From: a virus
Taxonomy: Duplodnaviria; Heunggongvirae; Uroviricota; Caudoviricetes
DNA length: 15,779 nt
Virus record (IMG/VR): IMGVR_UViG_3300017917_003521
Direction: 5' to 3' (one strand)
The translations under genes and the position numbers were made by a program. Shown here piece after piece: positions 14,878 to 15,779 of this stretch (the first letter of the stretch is position 1; each line of letters begins with the position of its first letter). Below the pieces are notes generated by a model, which made no database searches, was not told where the DNA came from, and saw only the letters and a list, made by a program, of their open reading frames with translations.

Positions 14878-15779
14878 ATGAGTTTTACTTATAATAGATT
14901 TTTAAGACCTCTAACAATATCAGATACAAGTATTCAGATATTAGATGATAGCGGTGTTGTGGTTTATACTATTAACCCATTTGCGATATCATCACCTATG
15001 ATATCAAATAATTTACTTAGATTAAATTTTAAAAATGGTAAGATAATAACAATTAACTTTTCATCAACCAATGAGGCAAAATTAGCTTTAAGTAGATTAC
15101 AAGCTCAAATTGATGAGCTTGTTAGTAGAACTCCGCTTATTATAGATAAACAAATAAAGAATTATATAGATAATCAAATTGGTGGTAATAATCAGTTATC
15201 TGAAATTTTATCAAATGGTAGAGATGTTGATTCTGTAGGTGATATAAATGATGTTGATTCAAATGCATCTGTTAATTTTAACTCAAGATCATTACATGAT
15301 GTAAATGGCTCAGAAATTTTAAATTGGTCATCTTCAAGCCAAGGTTTGATTTATTCTGATAATTATTCTTCTGGATTTATAACACAATCTTTAGTTGATA
15401 AAGGTTATGTTGATTCAGGTACCTCTTCTATCTGGTCTTACATAAGTGTAATGAGTGCTAATACAAGTGGTACAAGTGGCTCATCAGGAACATCTGGATT
15501 AGATGGATCTTCTGGTACAAGTGGTACATCAGGATCTAGTGGTACATCAGGATCTAGTGGATCATCAGGATCTAGTGGTACAAGTGGATCATCAGGATCT
15601 AGTGGTACAAGTGGATCATCAGGATCTAGTGGTACAAGTGGATCATCAGGATCTAGTGGTTCAAGTGGCTCATCAGGATCAAGTGGATCTTCTGGTACAT
15701 CAGGATCATCAGGATCAAGTGGATCATCAGGATCAAGTGGCTCATCAGGATCAAGTGGCTCATCAGGATCAAGTGGATC
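14878..15779 (+). CDS. Tail-fibre-like protein with Gly-Ser/Thr-Ser collagen-like repeat (runs off the right edge)
   Basis: Not in the ORF track. Open from ATG 14878 (MSFTYNRFLRPLTISDTSIQILDD...) to the window end. Fibre-type motifs QLSEILSNG and LVDKGYVDS, then (G-S/T-S)n. Confidence 0.85.
   Translation, partial: MSFTYNRFLRPLTISDTSIQILDDSGVVVYTINPFAISSPMISNNLLRLNFKNGKIITINFSSTNEAKLALSRLQAQIDELVSRTPLIIDKQIKNYIDNQIGGNNQLSEILSNGRDVDSVGDINDVDSNASVNFNSRSLHDVNGSEILNWSSSSQGLIYSDNYSSGFITQSLVDKGYVDSGTSSIWSYISVMSANTSGTSGSSGTSGLDGSSGTSGTSGSSGTSGSSGSSGSSGTSGSSGSSGTSGSSGSSGTSGSSGSSGSSGSSGSSGSSGTSGSSGSSGSSGSSGSSGSSGSSGSSG
15463..15779 (+). repeat. Coding 9-nt-period tandem repeat (GSS/GTS), with perfect 27-nt and near-perfect 18-nt higher-order units
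   Basis: GGATCATCAGGATCTAGTGGTACAAGT occurs 3 times plus 18 nt at 15559-15657; GGATCAAGTGGCTCATCA units at 15730-15765. Confidence 0.95.

Noticed and set aside
15463-15779. Possible CRISPR array or non-coding satellite
   Set aside because: No unique spacers; the units are multiples of 3 nt and in frame with an open gene.
1-15779. Stop-codon reassignment (no gene ends in TAG)
   Set aside because: Genes of up to 1721 codons are uninterrupted in the standard code. Strong TAA preference is expected at this AT content, and TGA is used once as a stop.
1-15779. Eukaryotic giant virus or cellular origin
   Set aside because: An intrinsic terminator, ATGA gene coupling, PhoH, tail-fibre motifs and T4-like targeting peptides fit a bacteriophage, and no cellular housekeeping genes are present.

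Overview
AT-rich (by eye under about 30% GC), gene-dense segment of a large tailed bacteriophage, probably a jumbo-type phage with T4-like traits. The host is possibly Bacteroidota, because one promoter matches that phylum's sigma70 consensus and no Shine-Dalgarno sequences are evident. The left 4.2 kb is accessory: a truncated hypothetical gene behind a structured 98-nt leader, a zinc-ribbon protein, an M28-type metallopeptidase, a small SH3-like protein, a 316-aa 'SCM...MDRIY' protein and a PhoH ATPase. The right 11.5 kb is a mostly plus-strand virion-type module: a 1721-aa mosaic protein (tail-fibre motif, beta-propeller-like repeats, Trp-x-x-Gly-x pentapeptide repeats), 904-aa and 381-aa probable structural proteins, and a truncated fibre with a Gly-Ser/Thr-Ser repeat. 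An antisense membrane protein plus minimal RecA-type ATPase pair interrupts this module. Features missed by the ORF track include two edge genes, a recurring YAATATATA promoter-like motif, T4-like capsid-targeting N-termini and a module shared by two adjacent proteins. Family assignments come from motif recognition by eye; no database search was run.
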